A stretch of DNA of 64,000 nt, taken from positions 259,977 through 323,976 of the forward strand of contig CAVTIJ010000002.1 in assembly GCA_963734885.1 (NCBI GenBank), in the 5' to 3' direction. The DNA comes from an uncultured Bacteroidales bacterium (GTDB lineage: Bacteria; Bacteroidota; Bacteroidia; Bacteroidales; VadinHA17). Shown one piece after another: positions 20,216 to 29,398 of this stretch. How positions within the stretch are numbered: position 1 is the first letter of the stretch; every line of letters begins with the position of its first letter. Both the position numbers and the translations under genes were made by a program. A model generated the notes under the pieces. The model saw only the letters and a list, made by a program, of their open reading frames with translations, ran no database searches and was not told the DNA's origin.

Positions 20216-21034
20216 TCAGTTCTTTACACTGTCAAAATAATTCTTCATAAAAAGAAACTGATATTTTACAGCGTTGGTCCAGTATGGCCAGGTATGAGCT
20301 CCGGGACGGGTTATAAAATCGTGCGGAATGTTGCGGTACATCAGTTGCTGATGAAGGTTTTCATTGACTTTAAAAAAGAAGTCGTCTGTGCCACAATCAA
20401 TTATGATCTCCAATGAACCAGGAGTAAGGAGATTAAGCATATTTATTACAGTATTCTTCTCCCATCGATCAGGATGTTCCGCATATGTTCCAAGTTGTTT
20501 GGCCATTTCCCAATTGTTCGGGAATGGACGTATATCAACTCCTCCGCTCATACTTCCGGCGACTCCGAATATATCCTGATGCTTAAAAGCCAGATACAAA
20601 GCGCCATGACCACCCATGCTCAAACCAGTTATTCCCCGACCCTTCCTGTCCTTTATGGTTTTATATTTTGCATCAATTGCTTTAACCAGTTCATCGGATA
20701 CAAATGTTTCATACTGTGATTTCGGATCGACAGGACTATTCCAGTACCAGCTTGCATAACCGCCATTAGGACAAACGATGATCAGATTATACAGATCAGC
20801 CGCTTTCTCAAAACCTTTGGCTTTCGTGATCCAGTCGAGGTGATTTCCACTGTATCCATGCAACAAATAAACTACAGGCAGTTCCTTGGCAGCTGCATAA
20901 TTATCGGGAGTTATTATAACAGCTTTAATATTTTTCTGCATTGACTGACTGTACACCTGAATAGTATCGACAACTGCAGCCTGTGCTGACGCAAAAGCGA
21001 AAATAATCCCCAAAAAAACAAGATGACGTTTCAT
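20216..21034 (-). CDS. esterase family protein (alpha/beta hydrolase, esterase D / CE1-like), exported
   Basis: 272 aa with a signal peptide. Nucleophile elbow GLSMGGHGAL. VVYLLHGYSGNH. Confidence 0.8.
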   Translation of the reverse strand: MKRHLVFLGIIFAFASAQAAVVDTIQVYSQSMQKNIKAVIITPDNYAAAKELPVVYLLHGYSGNHLDWITKAKGFEKAADLYNLIIVCPNGGYASWYWNSPVDPKSQYETFVSDELVKAIDAKYKTIKDRKGRGITGLSMGGHGALYLAFKHQDIFGVAGSMSGGVDIRPFPNNWEMAKQLGTYAEHPDRWEKNTVINMLNLLTPGSLEIIIDCGTDDFFFKVNENLHQQLMYRNIPHDFITRPGAHTWPYWTNAVKYQFLFMKNYFDSVKN

Positions 21035-21055
21035 TTCCTTTTATAATAATTGATC

Positions 21056-22540
21056 TTAATTTTTTTGTTCTTTCAAAAATGACTGATACCAGAAATAGCT
21101 CTGTTTAGGATAGCGTTCCTGGGTCTTGAAATCTACATAGGTAATACCGAACCTTCGTGAGTAGCCCATTATCCATTCAAGATTATCAAACATGCACCAG
21201 ACACAGTATCCTTTGATTTTTACACCTTTCTGAATTGCTTCATTGACTGCTTTTATATGTTTTTGCAGATAAGCAGTGCGCAAGGCATCATTCACTTTTC
21301 CGTTTTCCAGTTTTTCATCCGACGGTCCATAACCTGCACCATTTTCGGTAATGATTATCTCAGGATTATTATATTGTTCTTTCAGACTTACGAGACCTTC
21401 TACAAATGCAGCCGGATTTACGAATCCGTTGAACATTTCAGGTTTATCGGGATTCTTGCCGTTAACAAGGCCAAAAAAACCTGCGCCGGGTTTCTCGTGG
21501 TACATATTAACACCGTAATAGTTTATTCCAAGAAAATCTGTTTTAGCTGATTTAATAAGCTCCATATCACCAGGCAGAATATCACCGAATTGTGACGCTT
21601 TTAAACGCTCCAGAAGATCGGGAGGATATGATCCTTTGAAAACCGGATCCATAAATAAATTGTTCCAGACTTTTCTGACAATATTCAATGATGCTTTCCC
21701 CGATTCAGAAGCTGTTGAATCAAGATCGCAAAGCATGAAATTGTAAGTAATTCCAATCTTCCCTCCCAACTTTTTCCTGTGATATAAATTGACTGTCTGT
21801 GCATGAGCCAGCATTAAATGATGTATATGCGCAAAATGCTCCGATATATATTTTTCAGAAGCAGGTATTGAAGGCATCTGCCTTTTATCAATTGCATCGA
21901 AAAGAGTTTGCAGGTAAAACATTTCAATGGAAGGCTCATTAAAAGTCAGGAAGATCTTAACACGATCACCAAATCTGTCAAAGCAGAGGTTTGCATAATC
22001 TGTAAACCATTTTACACTTTCCCTGTTCATCCATCCCCCTTTATTGGCAAGTGCTAAAGGCAGGTCAAAATGATAAAGAGTTACCAGCGGTTTAATACCA
22101 TTTTTTATCAATGTATTTATTACGAAATTGTAATAATCAATACCCGGTTCATTTACTTTGCCGGTTCCTTCAGGCAAAATACGTGACCATGAAATGGATA
22201 TCCGATAAGTATTAATCCCTAATTCTTTCATTAGCCTGGCATCTTTCAGGAATTGACTCCTGTCATACTCATTGATAGAAATATCACCGTTGACATCCTC
22301 CCCGGTAGCCATTTTGGCTAGGTTGTAAGGTGGGTTCAGATATTTGTCCCAGTAATTGGGGCCCCTTCCGTCAGATTTGGTGCCACCTTCAACCTGATAA
22401 GCTGCTGATGCTGCACCCCAAAGAAAACCCTTGGGAAACCTGAGGCTTTCACTATCTTTATTTTGAGCCTTCACCGGCTGAAATAAACAACCCAAGAGTA
22501 TTAATACAATTGATGACGGTACCAATAATTTCCTTTTCAT
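21056..22540 (-). CDS. glycoside hydrolase family 1 beta-glucosidase, exported
   Basis: 494 aa with a signal peptide. GH1 catalytic motifs TFNEP (acid/base) and ITENG (nucleophile). Confidence 0.9.
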   Translation of the reverse strand: MKRKLLVPSSIVLILLGCLFQPVKAQNKDSESLRFPKGFLWGAASAAYQVEGGTKSDGRGPNYWDKYLNPPYNLAKMATGEDVNGDISINEYDRSQFLKDARLMKELGINTYRISISWSRILPEGTGKVNEPGIDYYNFVINTLIKNGIKPLVTLYHFDLPLALANKGGWMNRESVKWFTDYANLCFDRFGDRVKIFLTFNEPSIEMFYLQTLFDAIDKRQMPSIPASEKYISEHFAHIHHLMLAHAQTVNLYHRKKLGGKIGITYNFMLCDLDSTASESGKASLNIVRKVWNNLFMDPVFKGSYPPDLLERLKASQFGDILPGDMELIKSAKTDFLGINYYGVNMYHEKPGAGFFGLVNGKNPDKPEMFNGFVNPAAFVEGLVSLKEQYNNPEIIITENGAGYGPSDEKLENGKVNDALRTAYLQKHIKAVNEAIQKGVKIKGYCVWCMFDNLEWIMGYSRRFGITYVDFKTQERYPKQSYFWYQSFLKEQKN

Positions 22541-22551
22541 ATTATCAAATT

Positions 22552-22559
22552 TATTTTTG
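22552..22559 (+). promoter_or_regulatory. -7 promoter box (TAnnTTTG)
   Basis: TATTTTTG lies 84 nt upstream of the ATG at 22643. Confidence 0.25.
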
Positions 22560-22642
22560 AAGGTTAACCCAAAATATTCAAACTGTTAAGTTCGTGAAAT
22601 TACAGTTATATTTATCTTCTGATATCATAAAACCTTTATTCC

Positions 22643-23521
22643 ATGAAAAAAATATTCTTTTTTAATCTCCTTCTATCACTCTTGCTATCTTACACTCTGG
22701 TGGCACAGCAGCAAAACAATGACAAGATAATCCATACTCAGGAGGTATATAAAAAGGTTGATACTTTTAAGCTTAAGGTCGACATCTTTTGTACAAACCG
22801 TACACTTGAAAAAGAGAATAATACTGCAATTGTATTCTTTCACGGAGGAGGATGGGCATATGGCACTCCGGGTGAATTTTTTACAACTTGTGAACGATAT
22901 GCAGAAATGGGAATTGTCACTTTTTCGGCAGACTATCGCTTGTCGATTGAAAATGGAGTAACCCCGAGTAAAACCATTAGTCCGATTGAAAGTATAATGG
23001 ATGCAAAATCTGCAATGCGGTGGTTACGTGAAAACGCCGCAAAGTTCCATATCGACAAAAACAAAATTGTTGCTGCCGGTCAGTCTGCCGGAGGCCATCT
23101 GGCTCTTTGTACAGCAATGATTGATGAGTATAATGAAAAATCTGATGACTTAAGTATTAGCTGCCAACCAAACGCAGTTTTGTTATTTTCGGCGTGTGTG
23201 AATGCGGTTGAAGGCTGGTGCGATCGATTGCTTGGTGATAGAAGAACTAAAATATGGAGCATCTCTCCTGCTCATAATATTAAAAAAGGAATGCCTCCTA
23301 TGATTGAATTTCATGGCATTGACGATGAACAGGTCCCAAAATGGACAGTTCAATTTTTCCAGAGTGAAATGCAGAAAGAGGGCAATTATTTTGAACAGCA
23401 TATGTATGATGGAAGAAAACACTACTTAGGAGGCGACAATCCAAAGTATTCACACTACTATGATGATGAAATACTCAAAATTACGGATGATTTTCTTCGA
23501 AAATATAAGTTATTGAATTGA
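22643..23521 (+). CDS. alpha/beta hydrolase (HGGG-type esterase/lipase), exported
   Basis: 292 aa with a signal peptide. Oxyanion motif FFHGGGW and nucleophile GQSAGG. Confidence 0.8.
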   Translation: MKKIFFFNLLLSLLLSYTLVAQQQNNDKIIHTQEVYKKVDTFKLKVDIFCTNRTLEKENNTAIVFFHGGGWAYGTPGEFFTTCERYAEMGIVTFSADYRLSIENGVTPSKTISPIESIMDAKSAMRWLRENAAKFHIDKNKIVAAGQSAGGHLALCTAMIDEYNEKSDDLSISCQPNAVLLFSACVNAVEGWCDRLLGDRRTKIWSISPAHNIKKGMPPMIEFHGIDDEQVPKWTVQFFQSEMQKEGNYFEQHMYDGRKHYLGGDNPKYSHYYDDEILKITDDFLRKYKLLN

Positions 23522-23629
23522 TCAATAAATAATGATATTTGAACTAAAACAGGTACCGGGTTGTTCTTATGCCAACTGAACGTATATGAATTTCAAATCA
23601 AACGCATTATTTATTTTAAATCAATCAAA

Positions 23630-24154
23630 ATGAAAAAATCAATTTTCCCGGCTCTGACATTTATTGTCCTATTAGCTTCAGCATTTACCTTATTGCAGTC
23701 ACTCGATTGGAAAATCGGGGATAACTATTCAGTAAAATTCGATGGTGGCGATCCATCCGGAGTATTCACTGGTCTTAAAGGCACAATACAATTTGATGCG
23801 AACAATCTTACTGCATCAAAATTCGATTGCACAGTGGATGTTGGATCAATAAATACAGGCAATGGCATGAAAAATACTCATGCAAAAAGTGATAAATGGC
23901 TCGATGCTACCAAATATCCGTTGATTCGTTTTGCATCAAAAACCATTAAGAAAACTCCTGCCGGCTATGAAGCAACAGGAACTCTTGATTTTCATGGAGT
24001 TCAAAAAGAAATTACTTTACCATTTACATTTACTGATAACGTATTTGCAGGAACATTCGAGGTTAATCGTATGGATTATGGCATTAATACTGCTGAACCA
24101 AACCATGGCGCTCAGGTTTTGAAAGTCTCCCTGAATGTGCCGGTAACAAAATAG
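23630..24154 (+). CDS. YceI-family (polyisoprenoid-binding) protein, exported
   Basis: The ORF is called from 23561. ATG at 23630 gives the signal peptide MKKSIFPALTFIVLLASA. YceI pattern VDVGSINTGNGMKNTHAKSDKWLDATKYPLIRF ... GTLDFHGVQKEITL. Confidence 0.8.
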   Translation: MKKSIFPALTFIVLLASAFTLLQSLDWKIGDNYSVKFDGGDPSGVFTGLKGTIQFDANNLTASKFDCTVDVGSINTGNGMKNTHAKSDKWLDATKYPLIRFASKTIKKTPAGYEATGTLDFHGVQKEITLPFTFTDNVFAGTFEVNRMDYGINTAEPNHGAQVLKVSLNVPVTK

Positions 24155-24159
24155 AAGAA

Positions 24160-24558
24160 ATGTTTAAGACTCATTTTTATCATGGATTAATATCCGGAAT
24201 AATGGCTGCCCTTGCAGCCATTATTTATAGCAGGATACACTACTTTGCCACTGAAGCTGATTTTTCAGGGATTGTAAATTTTGGGACTATGATAAGTCTG
24301 AACCTGATTGCGTGTTTAATAATCAGCATCGGGTATTATTTCTTCGTCCGTAATTCCAAAAAGAAAAGAGACTTAACTTTCCACATATTGATATCAATAT
24401 TATCGTTTGTGGCTGTTACTATCCCAATATCAATTTCACTTCCATTATCGGTTAAGAATCCGGAACTTTTTCCAGGATTGGCAGTTCCTATGATTTTCTT
24501 TCCTGTTATTGCATGGTTCACCTTCAAACCTCTCTTTTTCACACAACATGAATTTTAA
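24160..24558 (+). CDS. small integral membrane protein (4 predicted TM helices)
   Basis: 132 aa with four hydrophobic segments. It starts 5 nt after the yceI-like stop. No family recognised. Confidence 0.6.
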   Translation: MFKTHFYHGLISGIMAALAAIIYSRIHYFATEADFSGIVNFGTMISLNLIACLIISIGYYFFVRNSKKKRDLTFHILISILSFVAVTIPISISLPLSVKNPELFPGLAVPMIFFPVIAWFTFKPLFFTQHEF

Positions 24559-24625
24559 ACATATCCGTCACATCCTTGTTTTAATAGACTATTTGGTTAG
24601 TAACAGACTATTAATTCCATGAAAA

Positions 24626-25336
24626 ATGAATATAATTAGAACATACAAAATAACTTTCCTTTTGATCTTACTTCAAATAACAGGAATTTACTTATTACTT
24701 TCTAGTGCGAGTGGTGAAACCATAAATAATAAAAAACAGATGGAAAATAAAAGCAATATAAGTTCGTCAACGTCAGAGACAATTCAGACAGGTAATTACA
24801 CATCAATCGATACACTTACTCTTGGTGGTGGATGTTTTTGGTGTGTGGAAGCTGTTTATGAAGAGCTTGACGGAGTGAAAAAAGTAGAATCAGGATTTTC
24901 AGGTGGCACGATCAAAAATCCATCCTACAGGGAGGTTTGTACAGGGACAACAGGTCATGCAGAAGTTGCACAAATCACTTTCGACAACTCTAAAACCTCA
25001 ATTGATGAAATACTGAAAGTCTTTTTTACAGTTCATGACCCAACATCATTAAACCGGCAGGGCGATGATGTCGGAACACAATACAGGTCGGTAATATTTT
25101 ACAGAAATGAGAATCAGCGTAAGATTGCCAAAAGCATAATTGATGATTTAAACAATAATCACGTATATGCAAAACCAATTGTTACTCAATTGGTTCCATT
25201 CACTGCATTCTATAAAGCAGAAGATTATCATCAGGATTACTATAAGCAGCACAAATCAGAACCGTATTGCAGACTGGTTATTCAGCCTAAATTGGAAAAG
25301 TTTGAAAAAACTTTCAAAGACAGGTTAAAAAAATAG
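24626..25336 (+). CDS. msrA: peptide-methionine (S)-S-oxide reductase MsrA with N-terminal signal/anchor
   Basis: 236 aa. Catalytic GGGCFWC motif. N-terminal hydrophobic segment ITFLLILLQITGIYLLLSSASG. Confidence 0.9.
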   Translation: MNIIRTYKITFLLILLQITGIYLLLSSASGETINNKKQMENKSNISSSTSETIQTGNYTSIDTLTLGGGCFWCVEAVYEELDGVKKVESGFSGGTIKNPSYREVCTGTTGHAEVAQITFDNSKTSIDEILKVFFTVHDPTSLNRQGDDVGTQYRSVIFYRNENQRKIAKSIIDDLNNNHVYAKPIVTQLVPFTAFYKAEDYHQDYYKQHKSEPYCRLVIQPKLEKFEKTFKDRLKK

Positions 25337-25415
25337 ATACGGGAAGCAAGCTGGTATCTGCCGCACCCTGAACTTGCCAAAAGGGTGTGTCATTAATGGA
25401 TTAAAATGAATTATT

Positions 25416-25973
25416 ATGAAAACACTAAAGCCAGTTTTTTTCAGAATATTAATTGCTTTATCAATGGCTATGACCATAATCATAAGTGCTGAAGGACAAA
25501 ACAGAAATACGAATCAATCGGCTTCAAACATGAAAACTATAAGTAAACCAGAAAATCCATACTATTCTCATACCGATACGACCAGATTGAATCTATCTGA
25601 TGCAGAATGGAAAAAGATACTCCCTGAAGATGTCTATGAAGTGACCAGGCATGCGGCTACTGAAAGGCCATTTACGGGAAAGTACTGGAATGCCTTTGTA
25701 ATAGGCACCTATTATTGTGCCGCATGCGGGAATGAACTTTTTCGGTCGGATGCCAAATTTGCAAGCACCTGTGGCTGGCCCAGCTTTTTTGAACAGGAAA
25801 ATAAGAAGAGTACTGTTTTCAGAGAGGATACATCACTCGGAATGGTCAGGACTGAGGTTCTTTGTGGCAGGTGTGGCGGACATTTAGGACATATCTTTGA
25901 TGATGGCCCACCGCCAACAGGCAAAAGATATTGCATGAATTCTATAGCAATGGATTTTGTTCCAGATAAATAA
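25416..25973 (+). CDS. msrB: peptide-methionine (R)-S-oxide reductase MsrB with signal peptide
   Basis: 185 aa. Two CxxC pairs (CAACG, CGRCG) and catalytic RYCMNS. Signal peptide MKTLKPVFFRILIALSMAMTIIISAEG. Confidence 0.9.
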   Translation: MKTLKPVFFRILIALSMAMTIIISAEGQNRNTNQSASNMKTISKPENPYYSHTDTTRLNLSDAEWKKILPEDVYEVTRHAATERPFTGKYWNAFVIGTYYCAACGNELFRSDAKFASTCGWPSFFEQENKKSTVFREDTSLGMVRTEVLCGRCGGHLGHIFDDGPPPTGKRYCMNSIAMDFVPDK

Positions 25974-26013
25974 TATAGAGTTAGTTACAGCCGCAGCTGC
26001 GTAGAGCAGGGAG

Positions 26014-26841
26014 CTATTGTTTTACCAGCTCCACCCTTCTGTTTTTGGCCTTACCTTCTTCAGTATCATTCGAAGCTACCGGTACCAGTGAAGCAACACC
26101 ATAAGATTTGAGACGCGTTGCTGTGATACCATATTTGGTTACAAGAGCATTCACTACAGCATCCGACCGGTCTTTCGAAAGCTTCATATTCGATTCAATA
26201 GTGCCAACATTATCAGTATGTCCGACAACATAGAGATTAAGAGACTTATTGTTTGTGAGAAGTCTGGATATCTGGATAAGAGCTGAGTCAGATTCTGGCT
26301 TTATTTCAGCCTTTCCACTGTCGAAGAAAATACCATAAAGTGCAACATGTCCGGTACTGTTAATATCATTACCCATCGCCTCGGCATTTGCTGTAATCTC
26401 CTGCTTCATGATCTCTCTTTCAATAATATTCAACCGATACATGTTATTATATGATCTGACCTCAATCCAGGTTTCCTTTCCATCTTTTTGAACAACAATT
26501 GTGGACGTCTTATTAAAATTATCATCAAAGACAACTTTACCGCCAATTTTTTTGAGAGCATCCTGAATGTTTCTGCGTATTTTTAACTCACCGGGTTCGG
26601 ATGAGCCAGTTTTCAAATTGAATTGATAATAATATTTATGACCCTCAATAACAACAGGTTTCTTGTCTGATCCATTAAATCTGTAACTATCGAAATCCAT
26701 ATTTTTACATTCTAAAATAAAGAAGTCAGGCATTCTTGAAATCAAAGGATGGTCTTTGCAGTTCTTTGCATCCTGCTGTTGAGCTGTTGAAAAACTTGTA
26801 AATAAGAAGAACAAACTGATAATAGTGATTAAATTTTTCAT
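26014..26841 (-). CDS. OmpA-family protein, paralog of 1132-1962
   Basis: The ORF extends to 26898. ATG at 26841 gives the signal peptide MKNLITIISLFFLFTSFSTAQ. C-terminal YVVGHTDNVG...NRRVELVKQ. Confidence 0.85.
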   Translation of the reverse strand: MKNLITIISLFFLFTSFSTAQQQDAKNCKDHPLISRMPDFFILECKNMDFDSYRFNGSDKKPVVIEGHKYYYQFNLKTGSSEPGELKIRRNIQDALKKIGGKVVFDDNFNKTSTIVVQKDGKETWIEVRSYNNMYRLNIIEREIMKQEITANAEAMGNDINSTGHVALYGIFFDSGKAEIKPESDSALIQISRLLTNNKSLNLYVVGHTDNVGTIESNMKLSKDRSDAVVNALVTKYGITATRLKSYGVASLVPVASNDTEEGKAKNRRVELVKQ

Positions 26842-27011
26842 ATTGATTTCATTTAAATGATTCAAAGAATCGGTCAGGTAAACTTTGCGTAATATCAAAT
26901 CTACAAAATTTTTCCTGAGATTTATCTATTATGGCATTGAATTTCTCCAGAACAACTGCGGGCGCAGCTCGTCGCTTAGGGTTATAGCACCATAGTTTGG
27001 TCGTACTATAT

Positions 27012-27050
27012 TTTCTTTGTGCCCTTTATGTCTTCTTTGTGTCAGTTTAC
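27012..27050. repeat. half copy of the CTTTGTG-type intergenic repeat
   Basis: The core GCCCTTTATGTCTTCTTTGTGT matches the reverse complement of 4965-4986 at 20 of 22 positions. Confidence 0.6.
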
Positions 27051-27101
27051 TGCTAAAGTTGAACAATCTTTTCTAATTTTAACTTTTAAAATTTAACAGG
27101 C

Positions 27102-28232
27102 TTGATTAACGAAAATCAGAAATCAATTGTGAAAAAATTTATCCCTTTTGAAGTTATTGAAAAATTCATGGTGAATGTTATGGTGAAGGCAGGCATTCCC
27201 GAAAAAGACGCGAAAATAATTGGAGATGTCCTGATTCAGGCCGATAAACTGGGGTTCGACTCCCATGGAGTTAACCGGCTGAAGACCATATATCTCGACA
27301 GGATTAGGGCAGGGATATTAAATCCTGTTACGAATTTTAAAATAGTAAAAGAGGGCCCGACAACTGCTGTGATCGATGGTCAGAATGGAATGGGACATGT
27401 TATATCACACAATGCCATGAAGATGGCAATTGACAAAGCAAAAAAGTTTGGAATGGGTATGGTAACTGTCCGAAATTCAAGCCACTATGGTTTCGCCGGG
27501 TATTATCCTTTGATGGCTGTAAAGGAGAATATGATTGGCATTACCGGGACCAATGCGCGACCTTCCGTTGCTCCGACTTTTGGAGTAGAAAACATACTAG
27601 GCACCAATCCTATGACATTCGGAATTCCCAGCGATGAGGCATTCCCGTTTTTACTCGACTGCGCAACATCAATTACGCAACGCGGGAAAGTGGAGCTTTA
27701 TGCCCGCGAGGGAAAAGAACTTCATAAAGGATGGGTAATTGATGAGAATGGTGAAAGCAAAACAGATTCAAGCCAGGTGCTTGAAGATATTATTGCCGGC
27801 AAGGCTGCTCTTACGCCGCTTGGTGGTTTAGGAGAAGAAACCGGAGGATATAAAGGTTATGGTTATGCCACAGTAGTGGAAATTCTTTCGGCAGCACTTC
27901 AGCAGGGATCATTCATGAAAATGCTGAATGGAGTCCGGGATGGGAAAAAAATACCTTATTCGGTGGGTCACTTTTTCATAGTAATTGACATAAGCGCTTT
28001 CACCGAACCTGACGATTTTAAGAAGACCACCGGAAATATTTTGCGTGAGCTCAGAGCTTCAAAGAAAATGCCGGGTCAAATTCGAATTTATACGGCTGGC
28101 GAGAAAGAACATGAAACCTGGATAGCAAGAAAAGACAAAGGGGTGCCATTTAACAAAGAATTACTGGAAGAATTCAGAGGGTTATGTGTACAATATAATT
28201 TGAAGGAATATCTGTCATATTTTGAAGGTTAA
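27102..28232 (+). CDS. Ldh_2 family oxidoreductase (malate/L-lactate/ureidoglycolate dehydrogenase type 2)
   Basis: 376 aa. Motifs DSHGVNRL and GGYKGYGYA. No in-frame ATG covers the conserved N-terminus, so the start is TTG at 27102 or GTG at 27129. Confidence 0.8.
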   Translation: MINENQKSIVKKFIPFEVIEKFMVNVMVKAGIPEKDAKIIGDVLIQADKLGFDSHGVNRLKTIYLDRIRAGILNPVTNFKIVKEGPTTAVIDGQNGMGHVISHNAMKMAIDKAKKFGMGMVTVRNSSHYGFAGYYPLMAVKENMIGITGTNARPSVAPTFGVENILGTNPMTFGIPSDEAFPFLLDCATSITQRGKVELYAREGKELHKGWVIDENGESKTDSSQVLEDIIAGKAALTPLGGLGEETGGYKGYGYATVVEILSAALQQGSFMKMLNGVRDGKKIPYSVGHFFIVIDISAFTEPDDFKKTTGNILRELRASKKMPGQIRIYTAGEKEHETWIARKDKGVPFNKELLEEFRGLCVQYNLKEYLSYFEG

Positions 28233-28258
28233 ACCGTAACATTTAACATCAAATCATT

Positions 28259-29317
28259 ATGTCAAAGCTGTTTTCAAAAATAACGATAAGAAATATAACA
28301 CTGAAAAACAGGATAGTAATGTCACCCATGTGCCAGTATTCATCTGTTGACGGGTTCAGCAATGACTGGCATCTGGTTCATCTTGGAACAAGGGCGGCAG
28401 GTGGCACAGGACTTATTTTTACCGAGGCAACTGCTGTTTCACCGGAAGGAAGAATTAGTCCGGGTGATCTCGGTTTATGGAAAGATGAGCATATAGGCGG
28501 AATAAGCAGGATTGTTGAATTTATACACCGGCATGATGCATTTGCCGGAATACAACTTGCTCATGCAGGAAGAAAAGCTTCATGTGCGATACCACAAAAT
28601 GGAGGAAAACAACTCGATAAAATGAATGGTGGTTGGGATATCGTGGGTCCGGGCAATATACCTTTTTACTCTGGCGATAGATCACCTATGGCTTTGGATA
28701 GAGAAGGTATACGCAAAGTCGTATCAGATTTCAGGGCTGCTGCAGTCCGTTCAAGACTTGCCGGCTTCGATATAATTGAAATACATGGGGCCCACGGATA
28801 TTTATTGCATGAATTTTTGTCTCCTCTCAGCAATCAGAGAACAGATGAGTATGGAGGCTCTTTCGAAAACCGTATCCATATTCTGACAGAGGTCATCGAT
28901 GCTGTCAGATCGGAGTGGCCGGCTGAAAACCCTCTTTTTGTCCGCATCTCTGCAACTGACTGGACTGAAGGTGGCTGGACTATTGAAGATAGTGTAAAAC
29001 TCGGAAATGTACTGAAGACCAAAGATGTTGATCTGGTGGATTGCTCCTCAGGCGGGAATGTCAATAATGCAAAAATTCCTTTCAGTCCTGGTTATCAGGT
29101 TTCATTCGCTGAAAAAGTCAGGGGATCAGGGATTATGACAGGAGCTGTTGGTCTGATAACTACTGCCCGTCAAGCAGAAGATATACTTCAGACCGGGAAA
29201 GCTGATCTCGTGTTTTTTGCTCGAGAGTTACTGAGGAACCCATATTTCCCATTGGTTGCCGCCCGTGAAATGGCTGAAGATATTCAGTGGCCCAAGCAAT
29301 ACCTCAGGGCGAAATAA
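28259..29317 (+). CDS. NADH:flavin oxidoreductase (Old Yellow Enzyme, YqjM/NamA-like)
   Basis: 352 aa. MSPMCQYS, HAGRK, IEIHGAHGYLLHEFLSP, FARELLRNPYF. Confidence 0.9.
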   Translation: MSKLFSKITIRNITLKNRIVMSPMCQYSSVDGFSNDWHLVHLGTRAAGGTGLIFTEATAVSPEGRISPGDLGLWKDEHIGGISRIVEFIHRHDAFAGIQLAHAGRKASCAIPQNGGKQLDKMNGGWDIVGPGNIPFYSGDRSPMALDREGIRKVVSDFRAAAVRSRLAGFDIIEIHGAHGYLLHEFLSPLSNQRTDEYGGSFENRIHILTEVIDAVRSEWPAENPLFVRISATDWTEGGWTIEDSVKLGNVLKTKDVDLVDCSSGGNVNNAKIPFSPGYQVSFAEKVRGSGIMTGAVGLITTARQAEDILQTGKADLVFFARELLRNPYFPLVAAREMAEDIQWPKQYLRAK

Positions 29318-29328
29318 AAAATAATCCA

Positions 29329-29372
29329 TTAACCACAAAGGAACACGAAGGAAAATACAAAGTAACACAAAT
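29329..29372. repeat. half copy of the CACAAAGG-type intergenic repeat
   Basis: TTAACCACAAAGGAACACGAAGGAAAATACAAAGTAACACAAAT shares its first 30 or so nt with 32281-32335. Confidence 0.6.
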
Positions 29373-29398
29373 GGAAAAATATCACCTAAACTAAAAAT

